Positions 1 through 9,877 of a stretch of 64,000 bases of DNA are shown here, piece after piece. Both the position numbers and the translations under genes were made by a program. Position 1 is the stretch's first letter, and each line of letters opens with the position of its first letter. The DNA is from Candidatus Cloacimonadota bacterium. Its GTDB lineage: Bacteria > Cloacimonadota > Cloacimonadia > Cloacimonadales > TCS61. The DNA lies in NCBI GenBank assembly GCA_030621085.1, contig JAUXIJ010000003.1:17588-81587 (forward strand). Direction: 5' to 3'. The notes beneath the pieces are model-generated. The model did no database searches. It was not told the origin of the DNA and saw only the letters and a list, made by a program, of their open reading frames with translations.

Positions 1-499
1 CGTAATCAAATTGCTCGGTTTCTTTATTAACTCCGTAAGGAACGATATTAAATAGAGAACCGGAAAAACTGAGAGGATGTCCATGAGTAAGATGTCCGCC
101 GTGAGAAAGTTCCAGGCTGAGAATAGTATCACCGGGATTGATAATGGCAAAATAGGCAGCCATATTTGCCTGTGAACCGGAATGCGGTTGGACATTAGCG
201 TGTTCTGCTCCGAAGATCTCTTTTGCTCTTTCAATAGCCAGTTTTTCTGCCTCATCTATGAACTCACAACCTCCGTAATATCGACCATAAAGTTTGTAAT
301 TAATTTTGTCTGTTTTTTTACTCCAGCGATATGGATAACCTTCGGCATATTTATTGGTAAGAACAGAACCGGCTGCTTCCAGAACAGCTCTGGAAACAAA
401 ATTTTCCGAAGCGATCATCTCCAGGTTTTCAGATTGACGTTTCAATTCGCTGTGCATTGCTGCATATAATTCGGGATCTTGTTTTTTTAGAAATTTCAT
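1..499 (-). CDS. glyA: Serine hydroxymethyltransferase, N-terminal ~166 codons (C-terminus lies beyond the window start)
   Basis: Absent from the ORF track because it is open at the window edge. Reverse translation from ATG (cat at 497-499) reads [34 protein letters not shown]...YAEGYP...[13 protein letters not shown], which are conserved SHMT motifs. Confidence 0.9.
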   Translation of the reverse strand, partial: MKFLKKQDPELYAAMHSELKRQSENLEMIASENFVSRAVLEAAGSVLTNKYAEGYPYRWSKKTDKINYKLYGRYYGGCEFIDEAEKLAIERAKEIFGAEHANVQPHSGSQANMAAYFAIINPGDTILSLELSHGGHLTHGHPLSFSGSLFNIVPYGVNKETEQFDY

Positions 500-501
500 T
501 T

Positions 502-951
502 TTATTTCCCCCCTTTTTCAAATTTCGATATTTTGTCTATTCGTCTCTTATGCCTTCCTCCATCAAATTCGGTGAAAACCCATGTTTTTATGATATCTCC
601 TGCTTGCTTCTTGGAAATAAATCGTCCCTGAAGAACGAGGATGCTTGCATCGTTATGCTGACGGGATAAACGTGCAAGTTCCACTGAATTGCATAAAGCT
701 GCTCGGATTCCTTTCACTTTGTTAGCAACAATACTCATCCCAAGTCCGCTGCCACATATCAGAATTCCTCTTTCGCATTCACCTCTGGCAACTGCTTCTG
801 CAGCTTTGAACCCGGTATCAGGGTAATCCATGGATTCATTTGAGTGAGTACCGAAGTCTATAAGTTCATGTTCTGTCAGGAAGTCTTTAATGGCTTCTTT
901 TAATTCAAAGCCAGCATGATCGGAAGCAAGAGCTATTTTCATATTATTCAT
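502..951 (-). CDS. rpiB: Ribose-5-phosphate isomerase B (RpiB/LacA/LacB family)
   Basis: 149 aa. Contains [16 protein letters not shown] and [23 protein letters not shown] motifs. ATGA start/stop overlap with the upstream thiolase (948-951). Confidence 0.9.
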   Translation of the reverse strand: MNNMKIALASDHAGFELKEAIKDFLTEHELIDFGTHSNESMDYPDTGFKAAEAVARGECERGILICGSGLGMSIVANKVKGIRAALCNSVELARLSRQHNDASILVLQGRFISKKQAGDIIKTWVFTEFDGGRHKRRIDKISKFEKGGK

Positions 952-2195
952 TCCTTCCTGAACACCATAGCTACGACAGTTTTATCATTTCCGCCCATAC
1001 TGGACATCATTCCAAAAGGTTTATCAGGGCTAATTTTCACCTGGCAGTCACCTGTTTTTCCTAATAATTGTTTTAAAACATCTACAGCCTGTCGTACACC
1101 ACTAGCTCCCGTAGGATGTCCATAGCCTACCAGACCTCCGGTTGTGTTAGTTGGGATAATTCCATCGGATTTTGTATTTCCATCTGTAATGAAATCTGCA
1201 CCTTCTCCATAACCAGCTACTCCAGCAGCTTCAACTGCCAGTAATCCTGCAATAGTAAAGCAATCATGCACATCCAACACACTCAGATCTGAGGGTTTGA
1301 TATCTGCCCGATCATAAGCTCGTTTAGCAGCGACTGCACAGGTAGAAAGTTTTGTAAGGTCTGGTGGGGGAGTGGTAAGATTATCCTGAACCTGGGCATA
1401 AGCAACAACTTCGATAGCGTTTTTCTGTTCCACGCCGATCTTTTTAAGTCCCTCTTCGGATGCAAATATCAAAGCCGAGCCACCATCAGAGACTTTTGAG
1501 CAGTCAAATACATTGATATGCTCGCAGAAAGCTTTTGGATTTGGTGGAGTCATACCGGTTGCTAAAAGGTCAGAATTTTTGTTGTGATTTTCCTGTGCAT
1601 CCGGATTTTTCCGGGCATTTTCAATAGCATTTACATACCAGTGAGCCATACCTGCTCGCACTTTTTCTTTACCAAATTTCTCATAACAAGCACCAGCACG
1701 CTGAGAAAATTGATCCGGGAAAAAATAGGCATGTCCATCTTTTCGTTCTCCAGAGAACCAGCCAGCACCTGCCAGATAGTCTGCTCCGTAAATTGCTTTT
1801 ACTGAATTCTGTACTTCAACTCCGATGCACATAACCACATCAGCTATATCAGCTAATATTGTTTTTATTGCTGTAGCAAGAGCCAATCCTCCTGAATCGC
1901 AAGCTCCTTCCACCCGTATGCAGGGTTTGTACTGAAATGTGGGATGGACCATGGGGAAAAATCCACCCAGGTTTCCCTGATTGCAGAATCGTGCTGCCAT
2001 AAAATTTCCGATTACACCTTCATCAATATTTTCCGGATTGCGAATCTGGTTAATTGAACCCAAACCTGCTTCTTTTATGTAGTGTTCGATTCCAGGGCGA
2101 GGTTTTTTGGGATGGAATTCTTTTCTACCTGTTCCCAGTGAAACAGTATTAAAACCTGCAGTTGCATATATTTTTTTTCTAAAATAACTCATCAT
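948..2195 (-). CDS. Thiolase-like acetyl-CoA C-acyltransferase (archaeal/SCP-x-like type)
   Basis: 415 aa. Nucleophile region VEGACDSGGLALA and C-terminal GGLVGYGHPTGASGVRQ are typical of the thiolase fold. The second ATG (2192) has better spacing to AAGGAG. Confidence 0.75.
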   Translation of the reverse strand: MMSYFRKKIYATAGFNTVSLGTGRKEFHPKKPRPGIEHYIKEAGLGSINQIRNPENIDEGVIGNFMAARFCNQGNLGGFFPMVHPTFQYKPCIRVEGACDSGGLALATAIKTILADIADVVMCIGVEVQNSVKAIYGADYLAGAGWFSGERKDGHAYFFPDQFSQRAGACYEKFGKEKVRAGMAHWYVNAIENARKNPDAQENHNKNSDLLATGMTPPNPKAFCEHINVFDCSKVSDGGSALIFASEEGLKKIGVEQKNAIEVVAYAQVQDNLTTPPPDLTKLSTCAVAAKRAYDRADIKPSDLSVLDVHDCFTIAGLLAVEAAGVAGYGEGADFITDGNTKSDGIIPTNTTGGLVGYGHPTGASGVRQAVDVLKQLLGKTGDCQVKISPDKPFGMMSSMGGNDKTVVAMVFRKE

Positions 2196-2203
2196 TACTC
2201 CTT

Positions 2204-3553
2204 TTATATAAAATTATTTATTGGACCATAAAGCCAGAAGAATCCGTTCATTAATACTTCGTTCACTTCTTTTTCGGAATTCGCAACTCCATTTTTAATC
2301 AAGTTTTCACCAATTTCTTTGGTGGTTTTCAGGAAATCGAGAGCCAAAGTTGAACCGTAAGTATTCATTCCTTTCAGGTTATTGAAATGAGTTTCGAGTT
2401 TTTCCATTTTTTTAGCATCCATCAGAAGTGCTCTCCATGGTGCAAATTTCTCATTAGTTGGATTAAGCTTTTTATCAATTTCTGCTCTCCAATCTTCATC
2501 GAACATTCGATATTTTCCTTCCTCGATATTGTAAACTCCGGCAGGACGATTTTTATCATATTTGATAAAACCATTTTTTTGAGAACCGTTAGGATTCTGT
2601 CCGCCTGAGATTTTCTTATCCATAAATTTATTCAGTAGATCACTATTCAGGTGTTCGAGTTTAAGGTGTGTTCTCATCACTCTTAACAGCGATTGGAAAA
2701 CATCGAGTCCAACATAATCGATAAGTTGGAAGATTCCCATAGGACGAACCAGAAAATCCTGCGATACTTTATTCATGATATAAAGAGCACCATGATAACC
2801 GTATTCATCTTTGAGTTCTTCCACTTTGTTCATAGCATAAAGACCGTCCCTGCTGAAATGCCCGTTCCCGATAAACCCGGAAATATCTGCTGCCGGAACT
2901 AATTTCTTACGCAATCTCTTACCAAATTCCAGACCGATTTCTTTCAATTCATCAGTCGTGTTATCAGCATAAATGATTTCCACCAATTTCTGAATTACAG
3001 GAGGATTATAAAAATGATAACCAACGATCCTTCCACCCAATCCTGCTTGTTCATCGAGATAGGAAATCGGTATACTGGAAGTATTTGTCAGGAACAAAGC
3101 GTCAGGTAAACAGATTTCTTTAAGTTGTTTCAGAACCTTAATCTTGATTTCCTCATTTTCAAATATTGCTTCAAAAACCAGATGTGAATCCTTAGCAATA
3201 TTGTAATCAGTTGTGAAATTTAAGAGTGCATAAGTATCATCAACAAATGCATTTATAATTTCTCCATTCTCGATCAGATCTTTCCTGTCCGAATAAATCT
3301 GTCTTAAAATAACAGTTGATTTTTCTGCAGCTTTAATAAGCTGTACTTTCATGTAACTGCGAAGTCCATCTAAGGCTTTTTCCGTAATATCCACAAGATT
3401 CAAACGGTAAATCTTATCGTTGTTTTCCGGTTTGAACTTTAGTTTGGACATTTCCTGGGCAACGAGAACAGCAATTCCGCTTCCCATTTTTCCCGCTGCT
3501 CCGATTACAGTTACGTTTTGTAACCTTTCGTCTAAGTTCATTAAATCCTCCAT
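2204..3553 (-). CDS. 3-hydroxyacyl-CoA dehydrogenase, NAD-binding, long form
   Basis: 449 aa. Rossmann motif VTVIGAAGKMGSGIA and HFYNPPV motif. The real start is probably Met5 (3541), preceded by GGAGG. Confidence 0.8.
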   Translation of the reverse strand: MEDLMNLDERLQNVTVIGAAGKMGSGIAVLVAQEMSKLKFKPENNDKIYRLNLVDITEKALDGLRSYMKVQLIKAAEKSTVILRQIYSDRKDLIENGEIINAFVDDTYALLNFTTDYNIAKDSHLVFEAIFENEEIKIKVLKQLKEICLPDALFLTNTSSIPISYLDEQAGLGGRIVGYHFYNPPVIQKLVEIIYADNTTDELKEIGLEFGKRLRKKLVPAADISGFIGNGHFSRDGLYAMNKVEELKDEYGYHGALYIMNKVSQDFLVRPMGIFQLIDYVGLDVFQSLLRVMRTHLKLEHLNSDLLNKFMDKKISGGQNPNGSQKNGFIKYDKNRPAGVYNIEEGKYRMFDEDWRAEIDKKLNPTNEKFAPWRALLMDAKKMEKLETHFNNLKGMNTYGSTLALDFLKTTKEIGENLIKNGVANSEKEVNEVLMNGFFWLYGPINNFI

Positions 3554-3608
3554 TTTATTATTTTATATTACTTTATTTTTCTGTTTTTCTCAATTCTCTC
3601 AGCTTAAC

Positions 3609-4385
3609 TCAATGATTCCACTCCGGTTTTCTTTTTTCCATAAATGCTTTCATTCCTTCTTCTGCTTCATCGGTTGAGAACAGCATACTGAAGGCTTCCA
3701 TTTCATAGGAATTAGCTGTTGTAAGATTTGTATCTATTCCGCGATTTATTACGGTTTTTGCAACACGAACTGCTGTGGGTCCAACTGCAATGATTTTATT
3801 AGCTACATTTTCTGCTTCTTCCATAAGAGATTCCTGGGTTGTTACTTTATTCACCAGACCGATCCTAAGTGCTTCAGAAGCATCGATAACGTCTCCTGTG
3901 AAAATAAGTTCCTTGGCTTTTCCTGTTCCCACAAGTCTTGGAAGTCTTTGAGAACCTGCGTGACCGGGAATGATTCCGAGCTTAACTTCCGGTTGACCGA
4001 ATTTTGCTTTTTCAGAAGCGATCCTGATATCACAAGCCATAGCAACTTCACATCCTGAACCAAGAGCAAAACCATTAACAGCAGCTATAACTGGTTTTTC
4101 CATATTTTCCATAAAAGTCAGAACCCGCTGACCGATTTGGCTGTATTCACGAGCTTCGAGAGAATTCATCTTTGCAAGTCTGGAAATATCCGAGCCGGCA
4201 ACAAATGATTTTCCTTCTCCTGTTAGAATAACAACCAAAATCTCTTTGTTGCTATTGAAATCCTGCAACGCTTTTTCTACTTCCAGAACTGTCTCAATAT
4301 TCACTGCATTGAGAACTTCAGGTCGATTGAATTTAATATAACCGATTTTTTCTTTCTGTTTAACAATTAGATATTTATAATCCAT
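3609..4385 (-). CDS. Enoyl-CoA hydratase (crotonase family)
   Basis: 258 aa. Contains GEGKSFVAGSDI, AAVNGFALGSGCEVAMACDIRIA and FMEKRKPEW, the crotonase fold signature. Confidence 0.85.
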   Translation of the reverse strand: MDYKYLIVKQKEKIGYIKFNRPEVLNAVNIETVLEVEKALQDFNSNKEILVVILTGEGKSFVAGSDISRLAKMNSLEAREYSQIGQRVLTFMENMEKPVIAAVNGFALGSGCEVAMACDIRIASEKAKFGQPEVKLGIIPGHAGSQRLPRLVGTGKAKELIFTGDVIDASEALRIGLVNKVTTQESLMEEAENVANKIIAVGPTAVRVAKTVINRGIDTNLTTANSYEMEAFSMLFSTDEAEEGMKAFMEKRKPEWNH

Positions 4386-4443
4386 ATTTCCTCCCTGTCC
4401 TCCGTAGTCCCGCTGTTTAGGATGAAGGTGGACGTTTATATTT

Positions 4444-4929
4444 CTATTCCAATTCTACGATCACCTGCAAAGCGTCAACCTGTTCACCTTCTTTTCCATT
4501 TATCTTTTTTACAATTCCATCCCGGGGAGAAGGTAGCTCATTCTGCATTTTCATTGCTTCAACTATTGCAAGTGTAATTCCGGATTTTACTTCATCACCC
4601 ACTGAAACCGGGACTTTAACTAATAATCCTGGCATTGGAGAAAAAACACTATTTCCTTTTTGCTGTTCGCCTGTCTTTGTTTTTGAAGTTTTGTCTTTTT
4701 CAAGGATATAATTTTCCCCATCGATTGAAAGATGAGTTTTATCTTTATCAGAGTAACAATAGATATTATAGATTTTATCTTCAGCTTTGAATGAGATCAG
4801 ATTAGATTCAACTTCGACATCCGAAATATTATATTCCTGTTTATCATTTATAATAACTTTGAAAAGATCATCTGTTTTCTCCAGATTGATCTTATGAACC
4901 TGTTCCAAAAAGTTAAATTTATATTCCAT
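4444..4929 (-). CDS. Biotin carboxyl carrier protein (biotinyl domain) with N-terminal beta-rich BT-like region
   Basis: 161 aa. Has the C-terminal biotinylation motif EAMKMQNEL. Confidence 0.8.
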   Translation of the reverse strand: MEYKFNFLEQVHKINLEKTDDLFKVIINDKQEYNISDVEVESNLISFKAEDKIYNIYCYSDKDKTHLSIDGENYILEKDKTSKTKTGEQQKGNSVFSPMPGLLVKVPVSVGDEVKSGITLAIVEAMKMQNELPSPRDGIVKKINGKEGEQVDALQVIVELE

Positions 4930-5006
4930 ATTTTAAACTCCAAAAATCACAGATTTCAAAATTTTAAAAAAGTTTTGGTATTTTAGTTTTTTAGACATTT
5001 TGGATT

Positions 5007-6506
5007 TTATTGTCCACATATCTCCCATTTTCCAATTTCCTGCCATGGAGTGGATTTTATTGTAGAAACTTTTTGAAAGTTAATTGCTGATTTTGCAAAA
5101 CCTACCTGTTTACTTAAAGCACCGGCTATCAGGGCAATATCTAATTTCTCCTGTTTTGGAAGAAGTTTTTCTTCGTGTTCATCAATAAAGTGAGTGTCAT
5201 AATTTCCTCTGCAAAAGCTTGGAGATTTTATGATTCGTTTCAGATATCCGATATTGGTTTTAATTCCTAAAATGATATAATTTTTCAAAGTTTCCGTAGT
5301 TCTTTTAATACACAAATCACGATTTTCTGCCCAGATTATTAGCTTGGAAAGAATTGGATCATAATGAGGAGGAACATTCCAATCCTGATAAATACCTGAA
5401 TCCACCCTAATTCCGGGTCCTTGAGGTTCGGATAAATATAGAATTTTCCCCGGAGAGGGAACGAAATTATTATCAGGATCTTCAGCATAAATTCGGGTTT
5501 CAATGGCATGACCGTTTTGTTTTATATGCTCTTGCCTTAATGATAACTTCTCACCAGCAGCGATCAATATCTGTTGTCTTACAAGGTCAATCCCAGTAAT
5601 CATTTCCGTGATAGGATGTTCAACCTGAATTCTGGCATTTACTTCCAGGAAATAGAACTTTTTATTTTTATCCAGGAGGAATTCAACAGTTCCGGCAGTT
5701 GTATAATTAGAGGCTTCAATAACTTTTTTTGATGCTTCTCCCATTTCAATTCTTAATTTATCGTTCAAAACTGGAGATGGAGTTTCTTCAATGATCTTCT
5801 GATGCCGTCTTTGGATGGAACATTCACGCTCAAAAAGATGAATACAATTTCCATGATTATCCCGCAAAACTTGGAACTCGATGTGATGTGGTTGTTCGAT
5901 GTATTTTTCTAAATAAATGGAATCATCACCAAATGAACTTAATGCTTCTCTTTGACTGATAGCGATACTTTTTCCCAAATCTTTTTCATTATGCACAACT
6001 CGCATTCCCTTTCCACCACCACCCATCGAAGCTTTGATCATCACAGGATAACCAACTTCTTTAGCAGCTTGTTTAAATTTATTCAAATCCGTGCAAGTCA
6101 TCTCCATTCCGGGAATGATTGGAACACTGACTTTTTTGACAGTGTTTCGAGAAGCGACTTTATCTGCGACAAGATTCAAAGTATTTGAATTAGGCCCAAC
6201 AAAGGTTATTCCATTATCTTCGCAAGCTTTGGCAAAAAGTTCATTTTCAGCCAGGAACCCATATCCGGGATGTATCGCATCACATTTGGTTTGTTTTGCA
6301 GCTTTAATGATAGCATCAATATTCAAATAACTGGAAAGTGGGGGTGAATCTCCAATCCATTCGATTTCATCCATAAAACGAAGATGAAGTGATTTCTTAT
6401 CGATCGTGGAATAGATCCCAATAGTGCAAATTCCAAGTTCTTTGCAAGCCCGAGCAACTCTTATGGCTATTTCACCTCTATTTGCAATTAATATTTTCTT
6501 AAACAT
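5007..6506 (-). CDS. Biotin carboxylase subunit of an acyl-CoA carboxylase (likely methylcrotonyl-CoA carboxylase alpha, BC part)
   Basis: 499 aa. Contains KILIANRGEIAIRV, GGGGKGMR and EVNARIQVEHPITE, the ATP-grasp biotin carboxylase motifs. Confidence 0.9.
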   Translation of the reverse strand: MFKKILIANRGEIAIRVARACKELGICTIGIYSTIDKKSLHLRFMDEIEWIGDSPPLSSYLNIDAIIKAAKQTKCDAIHPGYGFLAENELFAKACEDNGITFVGPNSNTLNLVADKVASRNTVKKVSVPIIPGMEMTCTDLNKFKQAAKEVGYPVMIKASMGGGGKGMRVVHNEKDLGKSIAISQREALSSFGDDSIYLEKYIEQPHHIEFQVLRDNHGNCIHLFERECSIQRRHQKIIEETPSPVLNDKLRIEMGEASKKVIEASNYTTAGTVEFLLDKNKKFYFLEVNARIQVEHPITEMITGIDLVRQQILIAAGEKLSLRQEHIKQNGHAIETRIYAEDPDNNFVPSPGKILYLSEPQGPGIRVDSGIYQDWNVPPHYDPILSKLIIWAENRDLCIKRTTETLKNYIILGIKTNIGYLKRIIKSPSFCRGNYDTHFIDEHEEKLLPKQEKLDIALIAGALSKQVGFAKSAINFQKVSTIKSTPWQEIGKWEICGQ

Positions 6507-7295
6507 TTATTTTGTCCAATCCGGCTTTCTTTTTTCGAAAAAGGCGTTCATTCCTTCCTGACCCTCGCCGGAAATTCTCATTTTAGAGATTACATCAGCA
6601 GTGTATTTTCCTGCTTCCTTTAGAGACATTTCTGGAACTTTGCTTAATAAATCTTTGCACATTCCTATTGCTTCCGGTCCGCTTGTAATAAGTTGTTTTG
6701 TAATACTTTTTGCAAAATCACTCATCTCTTCTAAGGGAACAACAAAATTGATGAGTCCTGCTCTACAGGCTTTTTCTGCAGTTAAACGCTCTCCAGTGAG
6801 AAAGAATTCTCTGCATCTTCCTTCACCACATTTTTTTACAACATAAGGGGAAATGCAAGCAGGAACAAGTCCTAACTTAACTTCACTGAAACTGAATTTT
6901 GCATGAGTTGCTGCTATCGCAATATCACAAACTGCAACTAATCCTGTTCCTCCTCCGATTGCTGCTCCGTTAACAAGGCAAATTGTAGGTTTTTTAATTG
7001 AATACATTTTATTGAACATTCTAGAAAGAGCGAGTGAATCTTCCAGATTTTCTTCATAAGAAAAATCTTTCATTTTCTTCATCCATTTCAAGTCAGCACC
7101 GGAACAGAATGATTTTCCTTTTCCAGTCAGAATTATAACCCGAATAGCATCTTGATCTTTCAAATCTTCAAAAACTTCGGTTAGTTCAGAGATCATTGTA
7201 TCATTAAATGCATTATGAATCTCAGGACGATTCAATGTAATATATGCAATTTTATCTTTTTTTTCGAGTAAAATTGTTTCAAATCTATTTTTCAT
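6507..7295 (-). CDS. Enoyl-CoA hydratase, methylglutaconyl-CoA hydratase-like by context
   Basis: 262 aa crotonase fold (GKGKSFCSGADLKWM, LVNGAAIGGGTGLVAVCDIAIA). It sits between the carboxyltransferase and biotin carboxylase genes with zero spacer to the latter. The specific substrate is inferred from context. Confidence 0.7.
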   Translation of the reverse strand: MKNRFETILLEKKDKIAYITLNRPEIHNAFNDTMISELTEVFEDLKDQDAIRVIILTGKGKSFCSGADLKWMKKMKDFSYEENLEDSLALSRMFNKMYSIKKPTICLVNGAAIGGGTGLVAVCDIAIAATHAKFSFSEVKLGLVPACISPYVVKKCGEGRCREFFLTGERLTAEKACRAGLINFVVPLEEMSDFAKSITKQLITSGPEAIGMCKDLLSKVPEMSLKEAGKYTADVISKMRISGEGQEGMNAFFEKRKPDWTK

Positions 7296-7342
7296 TTTTT
7301 ATCCTATTTAGAAATTTAGAATTTTAGTATTTTCGGATTTTT

Positions 7343-8947
7343 TTACATCCTAAACACTCCAAATTTATGATCGGGAATGGATGCATTGAGCGACATCGAA
7401 ATAGCCAATCCAAGAATATTTCTAGTATCCAGGGGATCTATTATTCCATCATCCCATAATCTTGCAGTTGAAAAATATACACTGGATTCATTTTCATATT
7501 TTTCGAGGATTGGTTTCCTGATCTCTTCGATTTCTGCTTTGGAAAGTTTCTTACCTTGCCTGGTTAGCGCTCTGACCTTAACATCCGTCAAAACTCCAGC
7601 AGCCTGCTCACCTCCCATTACACAAATTTTTGAAGTAGGCCACATCCAGAGAAGTCTGGGACTATAAGCGCGACCGCACATACCGTAGTTTCCTGCTCCG
7701 TATGAACCACCGATGATAATTGTAAATTTCGGAACTTGAGCGTTTGCAACAGCGTGTACAAGTTTTGCTCCATCTTTGGCAATTCCTTGATGTTCGTACC
7801 TTTTTCCAACTATGAAACCTGTAATATTCTGCAGGAACAGAAGTGGGATTTTCCTAACTGAACATAAAGAGACAAAATGAGCACCTTTTTGAGAGGATTC
7901 TGAAAATAAAACTCCATTATTTGCCAGGATTCCAACAGGATAACCCATAATTCTGGCAAATCCACAAACCAGAGTTTGACCATAAAGTTCTTTAAATTCA
8001 TGGAATTCGCTACCATCAACTATCCGGGCAATAACTTCTCTCATATCAAAAGATTTTTTCAGATCTTTTGGAATTATTCCATATAGTTCTTTCGGATCAT
8101 AAGCAGGTTCTTCAGGTTGAAATCTTTCTAAAGGATGTTTTCGAGGTGATGTAATATTTTCGATAATATTTCGTGTGATCTCGATTGCTTGTTCGTCGTT
8201 TTCTGCATAATGGTCTGCAACTCCGGAAATCCGGCAATGAACATCCGCTCCACCAAGTTCCTCTTCTGTTACAACTTCTCCGGTTGCTGCTTTTACCAGA
8301 GGTGGACCACCAATATAAATGGTTGCACCTTTAACCATAACTACTTCATCGCTCATTGCAGGTTGGTATGCTCCACCAGCAGTGCAGAATCCGACTACAA
8401 CAGAAATTTGAGGAATATTTTCTGCAGACATTCGAGCTTGATTATAAAAAATCCTGCCAAAATGCTCTTTATCAGGAAATGTTCCAACCTGGAGAGGTAA
8501 GAAAATTCCACCCGAATCAACAAGATAAATACAGGGAAGTCTATTTTCTAAGGCAATTTCCTGTGCCCGAAGATGTTTTTTAATAGTTTCGGGAATATAG
8601 GTTCCTCCCTTAACTGTTGCATCGTGGGCAATGATCATAACTTCATGGTTTTTCACCACTCCAATTCCTGTAATTATTGCTGCTGATGGATGTTTATTTT
8701 CATACATATCCCAGGCAGCTAAGGGACTTAATTCCAGAAATGGTGTATCAGGGTCTAAAAGTAATCTCAACCGATCCCGAACAAAAAGCTTTCCGCGTTT
8801 TTTATGCTTTTCGTGCATATAATCAGGACCACCTTTTCTAACCAAAGAAAGGCGATCCTTCAACTTCTTCACAGCTTCTTCCATAGATTTTGTGTTCTCT
8901 TTGAAAGACTGGCTGTTCGTGTTTATTTTGGATTCGATTTTATACAT
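7343..8947 (-). CDS. Acyl-CoA carboxylase carboxyltransferase (beta) subunit, methylcrotonyl-CoA carboxylase-type
   Basis: 534 aa. The length and motifs [37 protein letters not shown] and [16 protein letters not shown] are typical of MCC/PCC beta subunits. Confidence 0.85.
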   Translation of the reverse strand: MYKIESKINTNSQSFKENTKSMEEAVKKLKDRLSLVRKGGPDYMHEKHKKRGKLFVRDRLRLLLDPDTPFLELSPLAAWDMYENKHPSAAIITGIGVVKNHEVMIIAHDATVKGGTYIPETIKKHLRAQEIALENRLPCIYLVDSGGIFLPLQVGTFPDKEHFGRIFYNQARMSAENIPQISVVVGFCTAGGAYQPAMSDEVVMVKGATIYIGGPPLVKAATGEVVTEEELGGADVHCRISGVADHYAENDEQAIEITRNIIENITSPRKHPLERFQPEEPAYDPKELYGIIPKDLKKSFDMREVIARIVDGSEFHEFKELYGQTLVCGFARIMGYPVGILANNGVLFSESSQKGAHFVSLCSVRKIPLLFLQNITGFIVGKRYEHQGIAKDGAKLVHAVANAQVPKFTIIIGGSYGAGNYGMCGRAYSPRLLWMWPTSKICVMGGEQAAGVLTDVKVRALTRQGKKLSKAEIEEIRKPILEKYENESSVYFSTARLWDDGIIDPLDTRNILGLAISMSLNASIPDHKFGVFRM

Positions 8948-8998
8948 AATTAACCTACTTGTATTTTCTCAATCAGGATTAATTGAGAAACAAAAAGA

Positions 8999-9388
8999 TT
9001 ATGCTAAAACAGCTTTATATCCGTAAAGTATAATTCCTGTTTTTCCCTCTTTCTGAATTTTTCTGAAAATAAGTTTAACAGAATTTCCAATTTCTAACTT
9101 TTCAGGATCACAATCCACAACTTGAGTTGTTATCCTCACTCCATTTTCAAGTTCCACAATTGCAATTGCATAAGGAACTTCTGCTTCAAATTGTGCGGGA
9201 GCAACTCGAATGATCGTGAACGTAATGATCTTTCCTTTTTCAGGTAAGATTACCTGTTCAAAATTTTGCGAACCGCATTTGTTACAGATCAATCTGGGAG
9301 GGAAAAATATTTTTCCACAGCCTTTACATTTTCCTGCTTCTAATCTGTACCTTTGCGGCATTTCTCTTCTATATCTTGGTGATGGCAT
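8999..9388 (-). CDS. DUF35 Zn-ribbon/OB-fold protein (scaffold of thiolase/HMG-CoA synthase complexes)
   Basis: 129 aa. CKGCGKIFFPPRLICNKCGS Zn-ribbon followed by an OB-fold-like C-terminus. Lies in the same operon as the thiolase and HMG-CoA synthase. Confidence 0.8.
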   Translation of the reverse strand: MPSPRYRREMPQRYRLEAGKCKGCGKIFFPPRLICNKCGSQNFEQVILPEKGKIITFTIIRVAPAQFEAEVPYAIAIVELENGVRITTQVVDCDPEKLEIGNSVKLIFRKIQKEGKTGIILYGYKAVLA

Positions 9389-9470
9389 TAAACCTCCTAA
9401 AATAAATTTCTAAAATTCAAAATTACTAAATTAAAAACCAACAAATCAAAAAATCCAAAAGATATCAACT

Positions 9471-9845
9471 TTATTTCAGACATTTGTAGATTATGGTTGA
9501 TAAAATTTTTATCAATTCAAGCGATTCATCCAAAAGAGTTTGAACAATTCCTTTTTTTAGTAATTTCCTATCGACAATTAGTCTTAACCAATATCTTGAT
9601 TCTTTGCATTCCTTGAATGAAATATCTACTCTATAAACGAAATCATTTATAGTTAGTGAACCATCAGCTTCTTCGAGATTTGCCCCTACTGAAGAACCAG
9701 CTTTTAATAATTGCCTTTTGATAATTCTGGCTTCATCAGTATTTGGTAGCTTTGAACATAATTCGAAAATGCCTAAAGCGAATTTATATGTTCTTTCCCT
9801 AAGTTCAATGCTGATACTGAATTTCTTTTGTAAATTCTTACTCAT
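9471..9845 (-). CDS. Four-helix-bundle protein (23S rRNA intervening-sequence protein / Avd-like family)
   Basis: 124 aa. Contains QLLKAGSSVGANLEEA and FKECKESRYWLRL, characteristic of the TIGR02436-type family. Confidence 0.8.
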   Translation of the reverse strand: MSKNLQKKFSISIELRERTYKFALGIFELCSKLPNTDEARIIKRQLLKAGSSVGANLEEADGSLTINDFVYRVDISFKECKESRYWLRLIVDRKLLKKGIVQTLLDESLELIKILSTIIYKCLK

Positions 9846-9877
9846 TTTCTTTTTACATTCTTTAGTTTTTTAGCATT

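Noticed and set aside
9471-9845. Avd-like four-helix-bundle gene as a marker of a diversity-generating retroelement
   Set aside because: No reverse transcriptase gene and no template/variable repeat pair is visible anywhere in the window.
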